A stretch of DNA of 64,000 nt, from assembly GCA_964234715.1 (NCBI GenBank), contig OZ174283.1. One strand, written 5' to 3'. Positions 27,401 through 39,958 of this stretch are shown piece by piece. Positions within the stretch are counted from its first letter, which is position 1; each line of letters begins with the position of its first letter. Origin of the DNA: Podarcis melisellensis (lineage: Eukaryota). The translations under genes were made by a program, and so were the position numbers. Under the pieces are notes generated by a model. The model searched no databases. It was not told the origin of the DNA and saw nothing but the letters and a program-made list of their open reading frames with translations.

Positions 27401-28009
27401 CCAGAGGCGATAAATCCTTGGCTCGACAGGTGTAACTCATTGCAAGCATTCTGTGCCCTTCTGCTGCGTTGCACAAATATTTTTGTGTACAGTGCTTTAC
27501 ATCCAACAGCCATTCTGCAAAGCTGTAGTGAAAAAGGATCTTTGTGTTTCCGAGACCATCAACAAGAACTTTCGACAGAACATCTAGCTTACGCTGGAAG
27601 TCCTCCATAGATAACGCCATGTTTTTGGTCCATACTGCATGGAACAATTCAACTGTAGTTAGTGGCCTGCAAGCAGCAAGGATTACATTCAGAATAGGTT
27701 GGACCTTTGCAAACTGTTTTCTCACAAAAAGTCTTTGACAAAGCCAAAGATAGAGGCCGTTGAGTGTCCCAGGGATATCGCGGATTTCTCGTAACATGAT
27801 AAAGTTTTCCACTACTCCATCTAGGACACGCTCAAGATACAGAAAGCATCCACTGCTTTTAATGTGAAGCTGATTCAACATTTCTGCAGTTTCTTTTGTG
27901 AGATGTTGTCTCAGTGCTTCTTCTTGATCTAAGCGATGAAGAATATACTGTTGGACATCTTTCACGATGTAAGCCTTTCGGAGATCATCAAGGCTTATCT
28001 TTCGAAAGC
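24462..28009 (-). CDS. ANKRD50: ANKRD50 last coding exon (exon 4): helical region, ankyrin repeat array, Ser-rich tail, PDZ-binding motif ETPL
   Basis: 3548 nt open. Acceptor TTTTCTTATAG|GC at 28010/28009 completes a Gly codon with exon 3 ([15 protein letters not shown]). Tandem GxTAL..AA..GH ankyrin repeats; ends [13 protein letters not shown]. Confidence 0.97.
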
Positions 28010-29870
28010 CTATAAGAAAAAAGGAAAGAGGGGAGGAAAGTAAGTTTTTCTGAAATTTAGTTGCAAACAAGCTTATAATCGCTCATTGTATTTTTGCTGT
28101 TCTTAAGACGGTAGAAATGCTATTCTCCTTAAAAAGTGAAAGGGAGATGCCACTGAAAAGGTCTACCTAGTCACAAGAATGTAGTACATATGTGCCATCT
28201 ACATGTTGCTGAACCACCGCTCCCATCAGCCTCTATAAGCATGGACAATGACCAGGAAAGATGCGAATTGTAGTTCACCAATATCTGGAGGGCCAAAGAT
28301 TTCACATATCTGATGTAGCAGAAGGACAGAATATGGTGTTTGATTTGAAGATATGAGCTCAGTGTTGCTGTTTGCCCTTGGAAATAGTGTCTGGTTTTGG
28401 CATTCCTCCCAGAACTTTTTTTTTCAGACTTAGAAAACATTACACAGTCTGCACGTACTTTTCTGGAACCAGTTCCAGAATGAAAGTAACAGCAAAATTT
28501 CAAGTGGATGAATTTAAGACTGCTTTTATATAGCTAATTGCAATCTCAGCTCTCTTTTTGCAATCAACTAACTTCAGCTGTTCTGGTTAGTAATTTGCAT
28601 ACTGTTCCTGAGAGTCACCTAATCGCTAACGATCTGTGGGTTTCAACTTACGATGGTCAATAAGGCCAAATTATATTGTGGGTGAAAGCTGTTAAATGAT
28701 CAACAGTCCACCCCAGTTTAAACCATGTATCCAGGGGGCTATAATAGTTAGGTTGCTATTGTTTTGAGTCATGTTTATTGTGTTTACAGCACTTTGGGAT
28801 CAAAGTGCTCCACTTTCCAATAAACCTTCTTTTGGGGTATAATGGGATGAAGGAATCCAGCTGGAATGCTCAAGTCCTATGGGCAAGAGTGCTGCAGTAA
28901 TACTAAGGGACACGAGAGATTTTTACAGCTGTTGTGCTGACTGCTGGAATTTACAGTGTCCAAACACAGCAGAGGTCCAAGGCTGGGTGGATTCACAAAC
29001 ATGCAGCAAACAAGTTATGAAGGGACAATTTGATTCTGGATAGAAACAGGCAATCACTCCAAAATTTTGAGAGAGATTATCAGCCACACGTGTCCACTGT
29101 CAGCTGCCCTTTGATAAGCACTTGCTACCTGATAACCGCAGCTACATGATCTTCAGAGCAGCCCTGTAAGTAGAAATACCTGAGGCAGGTTTTCAGTGTG
29201 TGCATTTGGTCAAAGGCTGGGGAACGTCTGGAGCACAGGCCAATATGGGCCTGGCAGCCTCCCCAGTTTGGGTAAGCCATGACCATCTACCCTACATGTG
29301 ACTTCACACAAGTAAGAGAGGGGCTTGCCCAAAGCCTAAATCTGTAGCCTAATCTTCCCCTGACTGTGCAGCACAAATAGACTCCAGCTTTTATTCTGTT
29401 AACTGTGATCATGCCAGAAGTGAAATGCAATTAAGCATTTGATTTTGAAAATGAAGATGCACAACACAGGCTACTTATGCAATTTTAATGGAACTAAAGT
29501 AGCACTTCGGCATAGCAGAACCATGCTATCACGACAACATTCCAGGAGAAGTCACCGAATCCAGGAGTTGAAAGGGGGTCCTCTGAAGATTTATCATTTC
29601 TCCCAAGCCCTTTAGTGTTCAATACTCCAAGGACAAGATCATAAATATAATACCTTACATTAATCATCTAAAGACAAGATAATTTGCTAACCTACTTTAT
29701 GTTGTTGGCTACTGGAAATCCTTAACAATGTGTGGACAAGCAGAGTGACAGAATGGGCACCTACGATTCATAAGACATTTTTCACGGCATGGAATAGCAA
29801 ACAGCCGCTCCATCACTAAATACTTCTGGGGAAGCATGAGAACTCTCTAACTGATAAATATTCACCAACT

Positions 29871-29998
29871 ACAGATAGGTAGCCATGTTGGTCTGCCATA
29901 GTCAAAACAAAAAAAAAATTCCTTCCAGTAGCACCTTAAAGACCAACTAAGTTAGTTCTTGGTATGAGCTTTCGTGTGCATGCACACTTCTTCAGATA
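29871..29998 (-). mobile_element. Penelope-like element terminal (pLTR) fragment
   Basis: Minus strand reads TATCTGAAGAAGTGTGCATGCACACGAAAGCTCATACC...TTAGTTGGTCTTTAAGGTGCTACTGG...GACCAACATGGCTACC; flanked by the 13-bp duplication ATATTCACCAACT at 29858-29870 and 29996-30008. Confidence 0.8.
29961..29998 (-). ncRNA. Minimal type I hammerhead ribozyme motif (PLE-type)
   Basis: CUGAAGA core (29995-29989), an extra A, perfect stem II GUGUGC-AU-GCACAC, GAAA, palindromic AGCU stem III, CUC triplet, and a 3-bp stem I (UAU/AUA). Confidence 0.7.
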
Positions 29999-30263
29999 TT
30001 CACCAACTGTTTGCCAAGGCCTAATCTGTATACAGCAGGGATGGAGATGCAGGTCTCGGACTCCTGGGATACTCTTGAGGCCACATTCCCTCCCTCTTCC
30101 AGGCTGCACACCCCTAACCAACCCTCTCCACACTCTCCTCCAGAGTTTCTGCCTGTCTGGAAAATGTCATTGAACTGTGAAAACACTTCTTGCTTGGCAG
30201 GAATGTAGTTTATTGTACAAAGTTAAGAGTCACAACTTTTGTTTCTTTTTCTCTTCAGTAATA

Positions 30264-30493
30264 CAGTCGTACCTTGGAAGTTGAGCAGAATCCGTTCCAG
30301 AAGTCTGTTCGACTTCCAAAACATTCGAAAACCAAAGTGCAGCTTCCTGCAGCTGATCAGAAGCTGCGGAAGCCCTGTCAAATATTCAGCTTCCAAAAAT
30401 AGTTTGCAGACCAGATCAGTCACTTCTGGGTTTGCAACGTTCGGGAGCCAAAACGTTCGGGAACTAAGCTGTTTGACGGTCAAGGTACAACTG
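30264..30493. mobile_element. Tc1/mariner-type MITE, family C
   Basis: TIRs CAGTCGTACCTTG / CAAGGTACAACTG with TA TSDs. Confidence 0.85.
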
Positions 30494-30992
30494 TACATAC
30501 ATGTCACTTTGTTTATGACAGCTAACGGACAGCAAAACCAGAAGACAATAAGGTAACAAGCAGGAGTTGCTGGAGATGTGTGTGTGTATATATATTCCAA
30601 TCCCTGATTTTAACTTCACCACCCACGCTAAACCAGCTAGCCACCAGGTTGCCACTGTGATTCAGCAACAGTCAGCATTGGCATTATCCCTATATGGTTT
30701 GGCACTCAGATCTAGTATACCTGGAAGACGGAAAATGTGTGCACCTGGAAGCATCCTGGAAATGTACCTGAACATACTGAAATAAAATTGCTTGTTATAC
30801 ACATGCAAAGGCTCACAGTCTCTCTACTACACCCAGCCACACCTAGCTGTTCTCATGTCACTCAACCCAGTTGATATCCAGGCAGATTTGAACTCTGAAT
30901 CAATCTTACATTTTGTTGAATGTATCTAGACGCTAAACAAGTCTAAACAAAATTATGTAAGATTCCTTGCCAACTGCTTCTGACTAACTCAT

Positions 30993-30995
<3 letters not shown>

Positions 30996-31037
<42 letters not shown>
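30996..31037 (+). repeat. (CA)n microsatellite
   Basis: Visible dinucleotide run. Confidence 0.95.
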
Positions 31038-31039
<2 letters not shown>

Positions 31040-31391
31040 ATATTAGGCTTGCATGGACAATAAAGATAAAATATTATGGGAAAATTCATTATGTTGCAAA
31101 GCCTGTCTCACAAATTCTTGAACTCAGCAAGTCAGGAACAGCAGAGACAACTTACAATCTCACGACCCAACTTCTGCATTGTTTAGATTTTTCCTACAGC
31201 ACATCATCTTTTCCCCAACAGGAGCTCAAAAATCCATTTCCTTGATTTATTAAATTTGCTTCCAGCTCTGTAAACAAATCCATACCAAATTTAGCTTCTG
31301 GCATCTCACAGGGGTCTTGGGTCATTTTAAGAAGTATATGGGCAGTATGTATTCTATGAAGAACAAAATACCTCCTTTGGTCTTTAATCTA

Positions 31392-31533
31392 ACAAAAACA
31401 AAACAGGAGCCTTGTGGCACCTTGAAGGCACACAAATTTATAGCAGCATAAGCTTTTGAGGACATGATAAATCTGTGTGTCTTCAATGCGCCACAAAGCT
31501 GTTTTCCTTTTTACAACAGACTAACAAGGCTAC
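31392..31533. mobile_element. Fold-back Penelope-like terminal fragment
   Basis: Two inverted copies of the PLE-type TTGTGGCACCTT motif, ending in CAGACTAACAAGGCTAC; related to 29871-29998. Confidence 0.55.
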
Positions 31534-32070
31534 TTTTGGGAACTACAATGCTGAATTTTATTATCTTGGATCTGTTTGCCTCTTAATCCTATGCATTATG
31601 GAAAATTCCAAAACAACCCTTGTTCATATTTCTCCTTCACTCAATGCATCTTAAATATGTAATCTAAATGATGAGGCAATATTCCAGTGCCTTAAGTATG
31701 AATAATTTATATTGCCAAGCTAAGCTGATCTAAGTAGAATTAGACATTTATAATAACATTTTATGCATACCTACTCATAAGGAACTAATCTCTCGGCAGT
31801 GAAATATTAATCAGAAAACCAAAGCCCCTCCTTACACAAGGCCATTTGAGTGAGGACTGAAGTTAAAACAGCCTGTGCACAGAGGACATTCACAGAAGCA
31901 GAACACGAGAGAATTTGCCAGAACAGGGTTAACTGAGTTTTTGAATTGTGTACAGAGGCTGACATTTATACCCGGCACAAAACAATTAGAATGCAATTCC
32001 TTTGAAATATAGTGAACTTCCCAGCCTGCTATAACTTCTAAAAACCCATTCAAATGCACTTTTTTGAATA

Positions 32071-32301
32071 TAGTGGTACCTCTGGATATGAACGGGATCC
32101 ATTCTGGAGCCCCCTTCGCACCCAGAAGCAAACGTAACTAGCAACGGCACGTCTGTGCGCACATGCGCGCGTCACTTTTCGCCGCATCTGCGCATGCCCA
32201 AGCGGCGAAACCCGGAAGTAACGCGCTCCGTTACTTCCGGGTTGCCGCGGAGCGCAACAAATACACTCAACCCGAAGCGCATTCAACCCAAGGTATGACT
32301 G
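32071..32301. mobile_element. Tc1/mariner-type MITE, family B
   Basis: TAGTGGTACCTC...AGGTATGACTG with TA flanks; CpG-rich interior shared with the 37741 copy. Confidence 0.82.
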
Positions 32302-35300
32302 TATAGAAAATGGCTGCTTGGAATGCATTTATTTATAAAGTTTCATTGGAGGCAACATTTCATTGGATGAGGCATCCATGCAGCTTGTACACCAAAGGAG
32401 AAGGCTGACGTTCTATCTGTTTTGAGGGTGCTAAAGGGACTTATCATAGCCCAGTGTTTTATTTTATATATACTGGTTGGAGAATTTGTCATTTAAGGTA
32501 TTATGAGTGAGCTTCACAACTCAAAGCAGCCAGGCTGCCACTTTCAAAAGCAAGCATCCCGTTTTAAAGCCCTTGTTACTAAAATCTTCATGTGTTCTTC
32601 ATGGGAAACAGTTTATCCAACTGGAGCTTGCATTTCAGCAAAACATTGTAAATCCAAGTATCTCTATCTATATATTTACTCTGAAATAGTAGTTCCAGGG
32701 GCAGAGCAATGCAAAGGGCATAAATCTCTTCCTCTGCACATCAATATTTCCATTCTAGAGGTAGAATGCACAAGCCTATGGAAGTAAGTTTCGGGAACTC
32801 TTTTCCTTCCACCAACCTGAGTACACAAAGAACCTGGTGGACTAGACTAAAAGCCCATCAAACCAGTAACCTGTTCTCACAGTGGTCAGCCAGATTCCTG
32901 CAAGCAGGACATGAGTGCAACAGCACTCCCCCCAATTGTGATTCCCATAAGCTGGCATTTAAAAGCATATCAACTGACACAGCAGGTAATACATAGCTGT
33001 TATGGCTAGTAGCCATTAATAGCCTGATCCACTGAGGGTTCTCTATATGTACATTTAATGGCATTCTAATCAAAACAGCTGCAAACATAATGAAGGCTAC
33101 TCCAGTACACAAATGCTCAGTGCAACTTAAGGCCACACAGTTTAAGATATCAGTGACCCACAACTAATACACCTCTAAAATAGATACTATGGAAGGAGAA
33201 CAGAGTGCGGTGCCATCGTTCAATGGCGGAGCACGAGTGCTTTGTGTAAAATGTCCCAGGATCCATATCTGGAATTTCCAGGTAATGTGAAAAGTTTCAG
33301 CCTACAAGCTTGGAGAGCCACTGTCAATCAGAGCAGACCAACACTTTGAACAGTCTGGGCTGATGTAAGGCCCTTTTGCTTTGTGCTTTTGAAACAAAGG
33401 GAGCCAATATGATATAATGCAGGACGTTGTTTCTATGATCCTTATTAATGGTAGTACTTGATTCACCTATCAATAGTTAATCTTTCCAGTGAAAAGAAAA
33501 GGCATGTGTGGAAGGATTTGCACCGTCTTAAAACATTCCACTGGTGAGAAACTAGATTTGCCCTTCAGCCCTGGAGATGTGCCAGTTAGATTAGATACAC
33601 ATTAGTGAGGAAATTGCTGCCGTTTTAATGTTACAGCCAGAATAATATTAAACACTTCAGGCAATGGTGCTGTTTTCAAAGTTTGTCATTGTCATAATTG
33701 AATTGCAAAATTTTAGCCTTCTCCTACAGTAAGCTTTAACTTGGAAAATCTCCTCTTGGCTTCCGTAACCATTCTGTTTAATGCATCACAAAACCTCTAA
33801 GAACTATCTGTCTACATTTGCAATTTTCATTTGTGTTCTTTTCTGGGTAGATTAGATATATTGCTCTTCAAGCAATGTTGCTACCATGCTTTCTTATGTC
33901 TTTGTTTTCATCTTCCAGTTTATCTACTTATCTCCTGCCATTGTCTGAACCAGACAATGAAGCTGGCTGGAACAAATTTCTATGTTATGACTTTTGTGTA
34001 GACAAATCACATTTAACTGGTGATCAGCTACCCACGTCTACTAGTGCTCTCTGTAATTAGGCTGTAAAGAGAAGCATATATGTAGTGCTTGAACATATGT
34101 GCATTATTATGTATAATCCAATGACAAACCTTTCCCCTTCCTACAGAAAAAGCATTGGGGTTGTATCCAATTGTGTGTGGCCTTCCCTTTGAAGACAGCA
34201 AAGGCTGGACATTTTACAAGAACTCTGGGGAGGGAGGGGAATCACATGGGGGAGCATGGTTCTATTATCTGCATCCACCAGGGCAACCAAAGCTGACTCA
34301 GTCCCATGGCCAGGTCTGAACCCAGATAATAACAGATCTAAATAATTATTTTCAAATAATTAAAAAACTTTGACATTAAACACATATTTAATGTATCATC
34401 TAGTCTGGCTCTACAGGAGAAAAATATGCAGCACCACACCGTTTCCCCACAAAGATGCCAGAAAGTCAACCACAGCAGCAATCCTATGCATCTGAGATTT
34501 ATCTCATATAATTCGACTGCAGTGAGCCAAGGCATAGTCCTAGTTCCTGCAATAATTCCACATTTGTGCTTTGCACTTATCCTTTTTGAAATCCATCTGT
34601 TCCGAATGCAACTGATCAAAACCTGAGCACAGTCGTCTTAAAAATGACCATGCAAATGCATGGTGCTGGCATCAATATTTCCTATGGCTAAGGGACTCTT
34701 TCGACATAATTTCATGAGATCATCCTGTTTGTTGCATGTAGCTGGCCTGATCCTTCTGCACTGATACGGCAATGCAACTTTGATGGATAACGTATTCCTC
34801 CCTGCCTCCCTCCCGAAATAGTAATGAAAATTTTGAGCGAAAGAGTTTCGAAGAGCCTGTGGGACCCTATTAATAACTTCTTTCAAATGTGAATGTTTGC
34901 CTTTTAGCAACATTCTTTGTCCTTCCTGCTTTGTTTACATGAGATCTTATCTTGGGATAACAGCCTCTGACCTTGCTTCAAGTCAGCCTAACTTGATTAG
35001 GAGATGCAGACACCATCTTGAAGCCCAAGAATTCAAAGCAAAAAGATCAACTTGGAAATAATCAAAGACTTTTGATTGGCCTTGCTGTTCATCTCAAGAT
35101 AAGTGAGTATGTAAACAACAGCAGAGTTTATCTCTGGTGGAGGGAGCCCGCATTTCCACAGGGATCTGTGAATGACCCAAGAGAGTCTGCAAACAGCACA
35201 CAGTAATGTTTTGTTTGCATAACAGCCTTAAATTCTGTACTGTGTGCCATGCTTGCCCTGGAGACTTGCTCACAAATCTTACCTCCATCCTAAGTGCAAT

Positions 35301-35927
35301 TGTGTAGCAAAGGGCAGCTGTATGGGAAAGATGGATCGCCTTCCTGGCTCAATACAGTTTTTACACCAATGTTGGCAGATTATCATTTGTCACTTACAAA
35401 GAAAAAAGTAACTTACTAAGGATTAAGAGCCACGGGCATAATATAAAATCAAGAAAACCCATGATAATGGCCCATAAACATACATAATGAGCAAAAACAA
35501 TGGACAGAAAATAATATTTCTCATATAATATGTCAAATGCCTAGGAAACTTTTAGTGTTTTAGCCTGGCACCAAATTGTGAACATTTGACAAATAGGGAG
35601 CCACAACAGAAAAAGACTCTCACCCCGCTCTCTTGCCCTCAGGTGGGACACCCAGAGGACAGCTTCATATGAAGACCAAAGAGTTCATATCTGAAGTTCT
35701 CCAATATACTAGAAACTTCTACTACACCACCATTCTAAAAACAGTCAACCCTGAAGTAAGTGCCCCATTAAAACAACCAGGATTTCTGGTATATAGGCAA
35801 AGGAATGAAAAATATATTATAAGTCATGTAAAGTGGAACCCTTTGATACATGTACACATAAGAAAATGCTCACTTCAAATGAGAAAATTCCTCTCTTCTA
35901 CACAGCTTTGACAAACAATCTACCCAC

Positions 35928-36176
35928 TCAAACTCAGGATGCAAGGGAGAAATGTGCTAAGAGGAAGGCATATCAACACCGTGATCAACTCCTGCCTGGA
36001 AACCAATGTCTCACCACTGTGGAAGGACGTGTGGATCCAAAATTGGCCTCCACAGTCACCTATGGACTCATTGTTAAAACGGTGTTTATGGAAAACAATC
36101 TTACTCGGCTACGAGTGATCGCAGAAGAAGAAGAAGAAGAAGAAGAAGAAGAAGAAGAAGAAGAAGAAGAAGAAGA
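35928..36176 (+). mobile_element. RTE-clade LINE 3' end with (GAA)17 tail
   Basis: 36015-36077 encodes HCGRTCGSKIGLHSHLWTHC*, the C2H2-like finger typical of RTE ORF ends; short 3'UTR, then (GAA)17 at 36124-36174. Confidence 0.75.
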
Positions 36177-37740
36177 CCCATATGATTTTTTTTAGGTTGG
36201 CTAATTTGGTCCCATGAAGCTCCTGTAGATCAGCTGAATGAATTACACAGGGGACCATATGACTGCATCATACTGAACAAGCCGCTGAAAAATACCTGTA
36301 TTGCTGTCTCTTCTCCCCATTCTGGAATTTAATTAGCAATTACCAACATGGTGGAACTGTACCAATGCTTTAATAAAAAGTTTTGTCTTGCTTCCCAATA
36401 CAGTGCTAGCTAGTTTCAACTGTTAAATCTTTTTACTTATCAGGAAAGTTCTTAAACATAATTTGTTGCCACTGCTAAGAAAGATTTATTTTAAGTTGAT
36501 AACATGCAGCATATTGTATCATGTCCCTATTAGTAGGGATAAAATGTGAAAATAACAATAGTTTTATTTTTCCAAAATAAAAGGCAAGCTAATAACAGAA
36601 ATATTGTAAAAATGAATATGCCTGCTAAAAATGTGTTGGATGAACATCTAAAAATAACTTCCTTTGAGAAACTTGACACTTGGCAAGCAAGCAAGTATAC
36701 CATGATAAATTAATAGCTTCAGGTATTTTAGAATCAGACGCTTATTGAAGCTACTTGGCTTTGAGGCACAGGTGGTATTTTAATGCCTTCTTTTTAAAAA
36801 TGTAACTGTTTATAAACACTTACAGTCAGGTACAAAATGCTCTTTCTAGCATTCATTTCAATGGACATATTTTGAACTTAATCTTTTTTTATTCATAATG
36901 ATCACAAATTGGAACAAAATTGTTACCAAGGGTTACAGATGTGAATTGCATAATCTCAAACTTAATTTACTGCATTCATAGTACAGTACGTAATTTTTCA
37001 ATAAGAAGGCAAAATCAAGGAAAGATTAAACACTTAAGCCCCACTGATATCAACTGGACAGTGCAAATCCATCAATATGACTTCTAAAATGTTTTGACAT
37101 TGGCTATAGCTAATGTTATTAATGACTTCCATAATAATTTTAATGTAGGAAGTGTCTTCACTCAGAATCCCATGCATTGCCATAAAACTCAGTGGGAAAT
37201 TGTGCTTCTCAGTCCATCCATAGTGGTAGTTCATGTGCTTTCTGTACTTCAGACACTGAATAACACTTGTCAGTCAGAGCAGATGATACTATGCTCAGTG
37301 GGCGGATGTTCCAATTTGATATGACAGCTTTTTATATGTTCACATCATAGGTACTTGGGTTTACATCCCAAATATTGAGAATTTGTAGCCTAAAACTGTC
37401 ACTTCTTGTACATAGCTATCTTCCTATTTGTAGGTGACTTTTCAGCCCACAGGTTGTTTTGATTTTTCTTTGTCTGTATATTTCCAATATTTAGGCAGTG
37501 TTTTATGGTGGTGACAAGAATCTGGGAAATCTAGAGGTAAAGTAAGTGGGGCTGTACAGGCCACTCTGTTCCATTTGGTCTCACTGGCACTCAATTGTAG
37601 CTTCATTGCGTTCCGTTTTGTGTGCATTTCTTTTTCAGAATCCACAAAACATTTAAATGACATGCATTTTGTAAGCACTTTTTTTTTCTTACAGAAAATA
37701 TGCTGCTTTCAATGCTTTGAAAATAAATAAAATGCATCTA

Positions 37741-37983
37741 CAGTGGTACCTCAGGATGAGAACGGGATCAGTTCCGGAGCCCCGTTCGCATCCTGAATGT
37801 AACGTAAGATGTGACAGCGCGTCTGTGAGTGCCGCGTTTTGCCGCTTCCGCGCACGACGTCATTTTGAGCTTCTGCGCATGCAGCAAAACCTGGAAGTAA
37901 TGCGCTCTGTTACTTCCAGGTTGTCGTGGAGCGCAACCCGAAAGCGCTCAATCTGAAGCATATTCAACCTGAGATATGCATTG
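37741..37983. mobile_element. Tc1/mariner-type MITE, family B
   Basis: TA-CAGTGGTACCTCAGG start; interior homologous to 32071-32301; right TIR degenerate. Confidence 0.8.
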
Positions 37984-38646
37984 CAAAAATGACAGAAAGA
38001 AGAGAGCAACGTGAATAGGAGTTGCATTCCGACCCACAAGCAAATTCGGCATCATCATATCCGACTGGTCTTCTGAGAAAAACAGACCAAATGAATTCCT
38101 CCCTCCTCCTCCTCCTCTGTTGCTGAGCTATGATCCTTTCCTCTTGCAAGGGACAAAAATGCATGCATGCTGTGAAATACATGCTATGAAAACTATGCAA
38201 AAGTTATATTTCAAATTGCCTGAGCTCTGCAATTTGCTCACTACTCAAAATTATGAGTGTGTTTGCCTATAAAGAAGGGGAACCTTCCCTTTTCATCTTC
38301 TGAAAATAAACTGCTCCACCCAGTAACCAACTACATACTAACATACTTCTGGAAAGTTCTCGACCTTCAGTTGTCTTAAACAAAGACACATGTGTACACA
38401 TTGGATGGAAGAAGCAACATATCTGAAATGCTGCCTACTTTTTTGTATCTAGGAAGGGGATGGATCCAGGGAAGGCAGGAGAATTATGCAATACGGGAGG
38501 AGCAGCAGGAGGAACAAAAAAGAAAACGCCGGAAAGAGGAGAGGACAATGCTGCTCACAGTGCAAATGCATGTATTTATTCTCAGGCTACAGAGGAAAGC
38601 AATCATGGCTGCTGCAGAAAAAGCCTATTGTGCATGTATAAAATTA

Positions 38647-38904
38647 CCATATTTTTCGCTCTATAAGACGCACCAGACCATAAGATGCACCTAGTTTTTG
38701 GAGGAGGAAAACAAGAAAAAAAAATTCTGAATCCCAGAAGCCAGAACAGCAAGAGGGATCGCTGCACAGCAAAAGCAGCGATCCCTCTTGTTGTTCTGGC
38801 TTCTGGGATAGCTGCGCAGCCTGCACTCACTCCATAAGACGCACACACATTTCCCCCTACTTTTTAGGAGGGAAAAAGTGAGTCTTATAAAGCAAAAAAT
38901 ACGG
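38647..38904. mobile_element. Pogo/Tigger-like (Tc1/mariner) MITE with internal palindrome
   Basis: TIRs CCATATTTTTCGCTCTATAAGAC / GTCTTATAAAGCAAAAAATACGG; TA left flank; internal repeats of CATAAGACGCAC. Confidence 0.82.
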
Positions 38905-39619
38905 TGTATACAAGACACTACACACACTCCATTAACTTGTGAATTAAATTAAGTGAACCAACCAAATTTGCATGCCTCATTTTTTTAAGAAATATATGAA
39001 ATAGTGAAGGGGAAAAGGATTTAAATCAATTATGAAACAAGACCTTTTTATCAGAGACTGAAAGATCAGCTCCAACCCTGAATGATGCGCCTATAGCAAG
39101 TATCAGAAGCAACCAGATTCAATGGGTGAGGCTGTTATACGAAGGTTGAAGAAATGAAAGATGCGCCCCTGAAGTATAATCCATTCATTTTTTCCTGTAA
39201 ACTTTCATACCTTTGGGGGCAGGGGGAGTTGGAGGGAAAAGAATAATTCAAAGATGAAAAAGTGAAATGAGATGCAAAGCAAAAATGCAGTAGCTGTACG
39301 CTTTCAAGTTCACACCTTCTTTTCAAACATCCACATGGGCTAATAAAATATTCCATTCAAGGAAGTTGTTATCAGATGGATTGCAGGCCCTGCAGAAGCT
39401 ACTATGCTTATCAATAAGGTACAATTGTATGCCTAAACAGCAAAGGGAACCTGTCACTCTTCACTGAAAGGAGCTGAAACTGCTCAAGAAATTCACTCAA
39501 ACACGGTGCCGTTCAAAAGCTCTTGCCATACAGGAAATGATAGCTCAGGTTAAGTTTGACAAAAGTCGTTCATAGATCCAGAACTCCTGTTATAGTAGGT
39601 CAAGTTCAACTCACCACTC

Positions 39620-39958
39620 AGACGCCTTGCCCAAGACTCCTGCGTTGCTGCCAACCAAGTTGGCATTGACCCGGGACCCGGCCTTCCGTGTGGTGGTTCC
39701 TCGTTTGTGGAATTGCTCTCCCTGGTGAGGTGTGCCTGTCTCTCTCATAACTGATTTTTTGGAAATACGTGAAAATATTCCCATTTACGCAGGTATGAGA
39801 TGGCCAAGATATACTGGTTATGGCAACCGTGAAGTAAATAACTGCCAGGGTATGTGATTGCATTTAAATGTTTTTATTTGATTTGAAATTGCACTGTTTA
39901 AATATTTTGCTGGGCTCCCATGGGAGGAAGGGTGGCATATAAGAAATGATGATAATAA
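39620..39958 (+). mobile_element. L2 LINE 3' fragment
   Basis: Encodes TRDPAFRVVVPRLWNCS-like residues resembling the L2 C-terminus, followed by an L2-type tail. Confidence 0.6.

Noticed and set aside
24528-27738. Numerous plus-strand ORFs overlapping exon 4
   Set aside because: Antisense shadows of the ANKRD50 coding sequence; short and without domain signal.
28010-28070. N-terminal 20 residues of the 1202-aa ORF ([20 protein letters not shown])
   Set aside because: TTG start inside intron 3; this is the polypyrimidine tract before the acceptor at 28010.
35833-36195. 120-aa ORF with a poly-Glu tract
   Set aside because: Out-of-frame read of an RTE relic plus its GAA tail.
37985-38060. Minus-strand ATGATGA, a possible C box of an intronic snoRNA
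   Set aside because: No D box (CTGA) at a suitable distance and no terminal stem.
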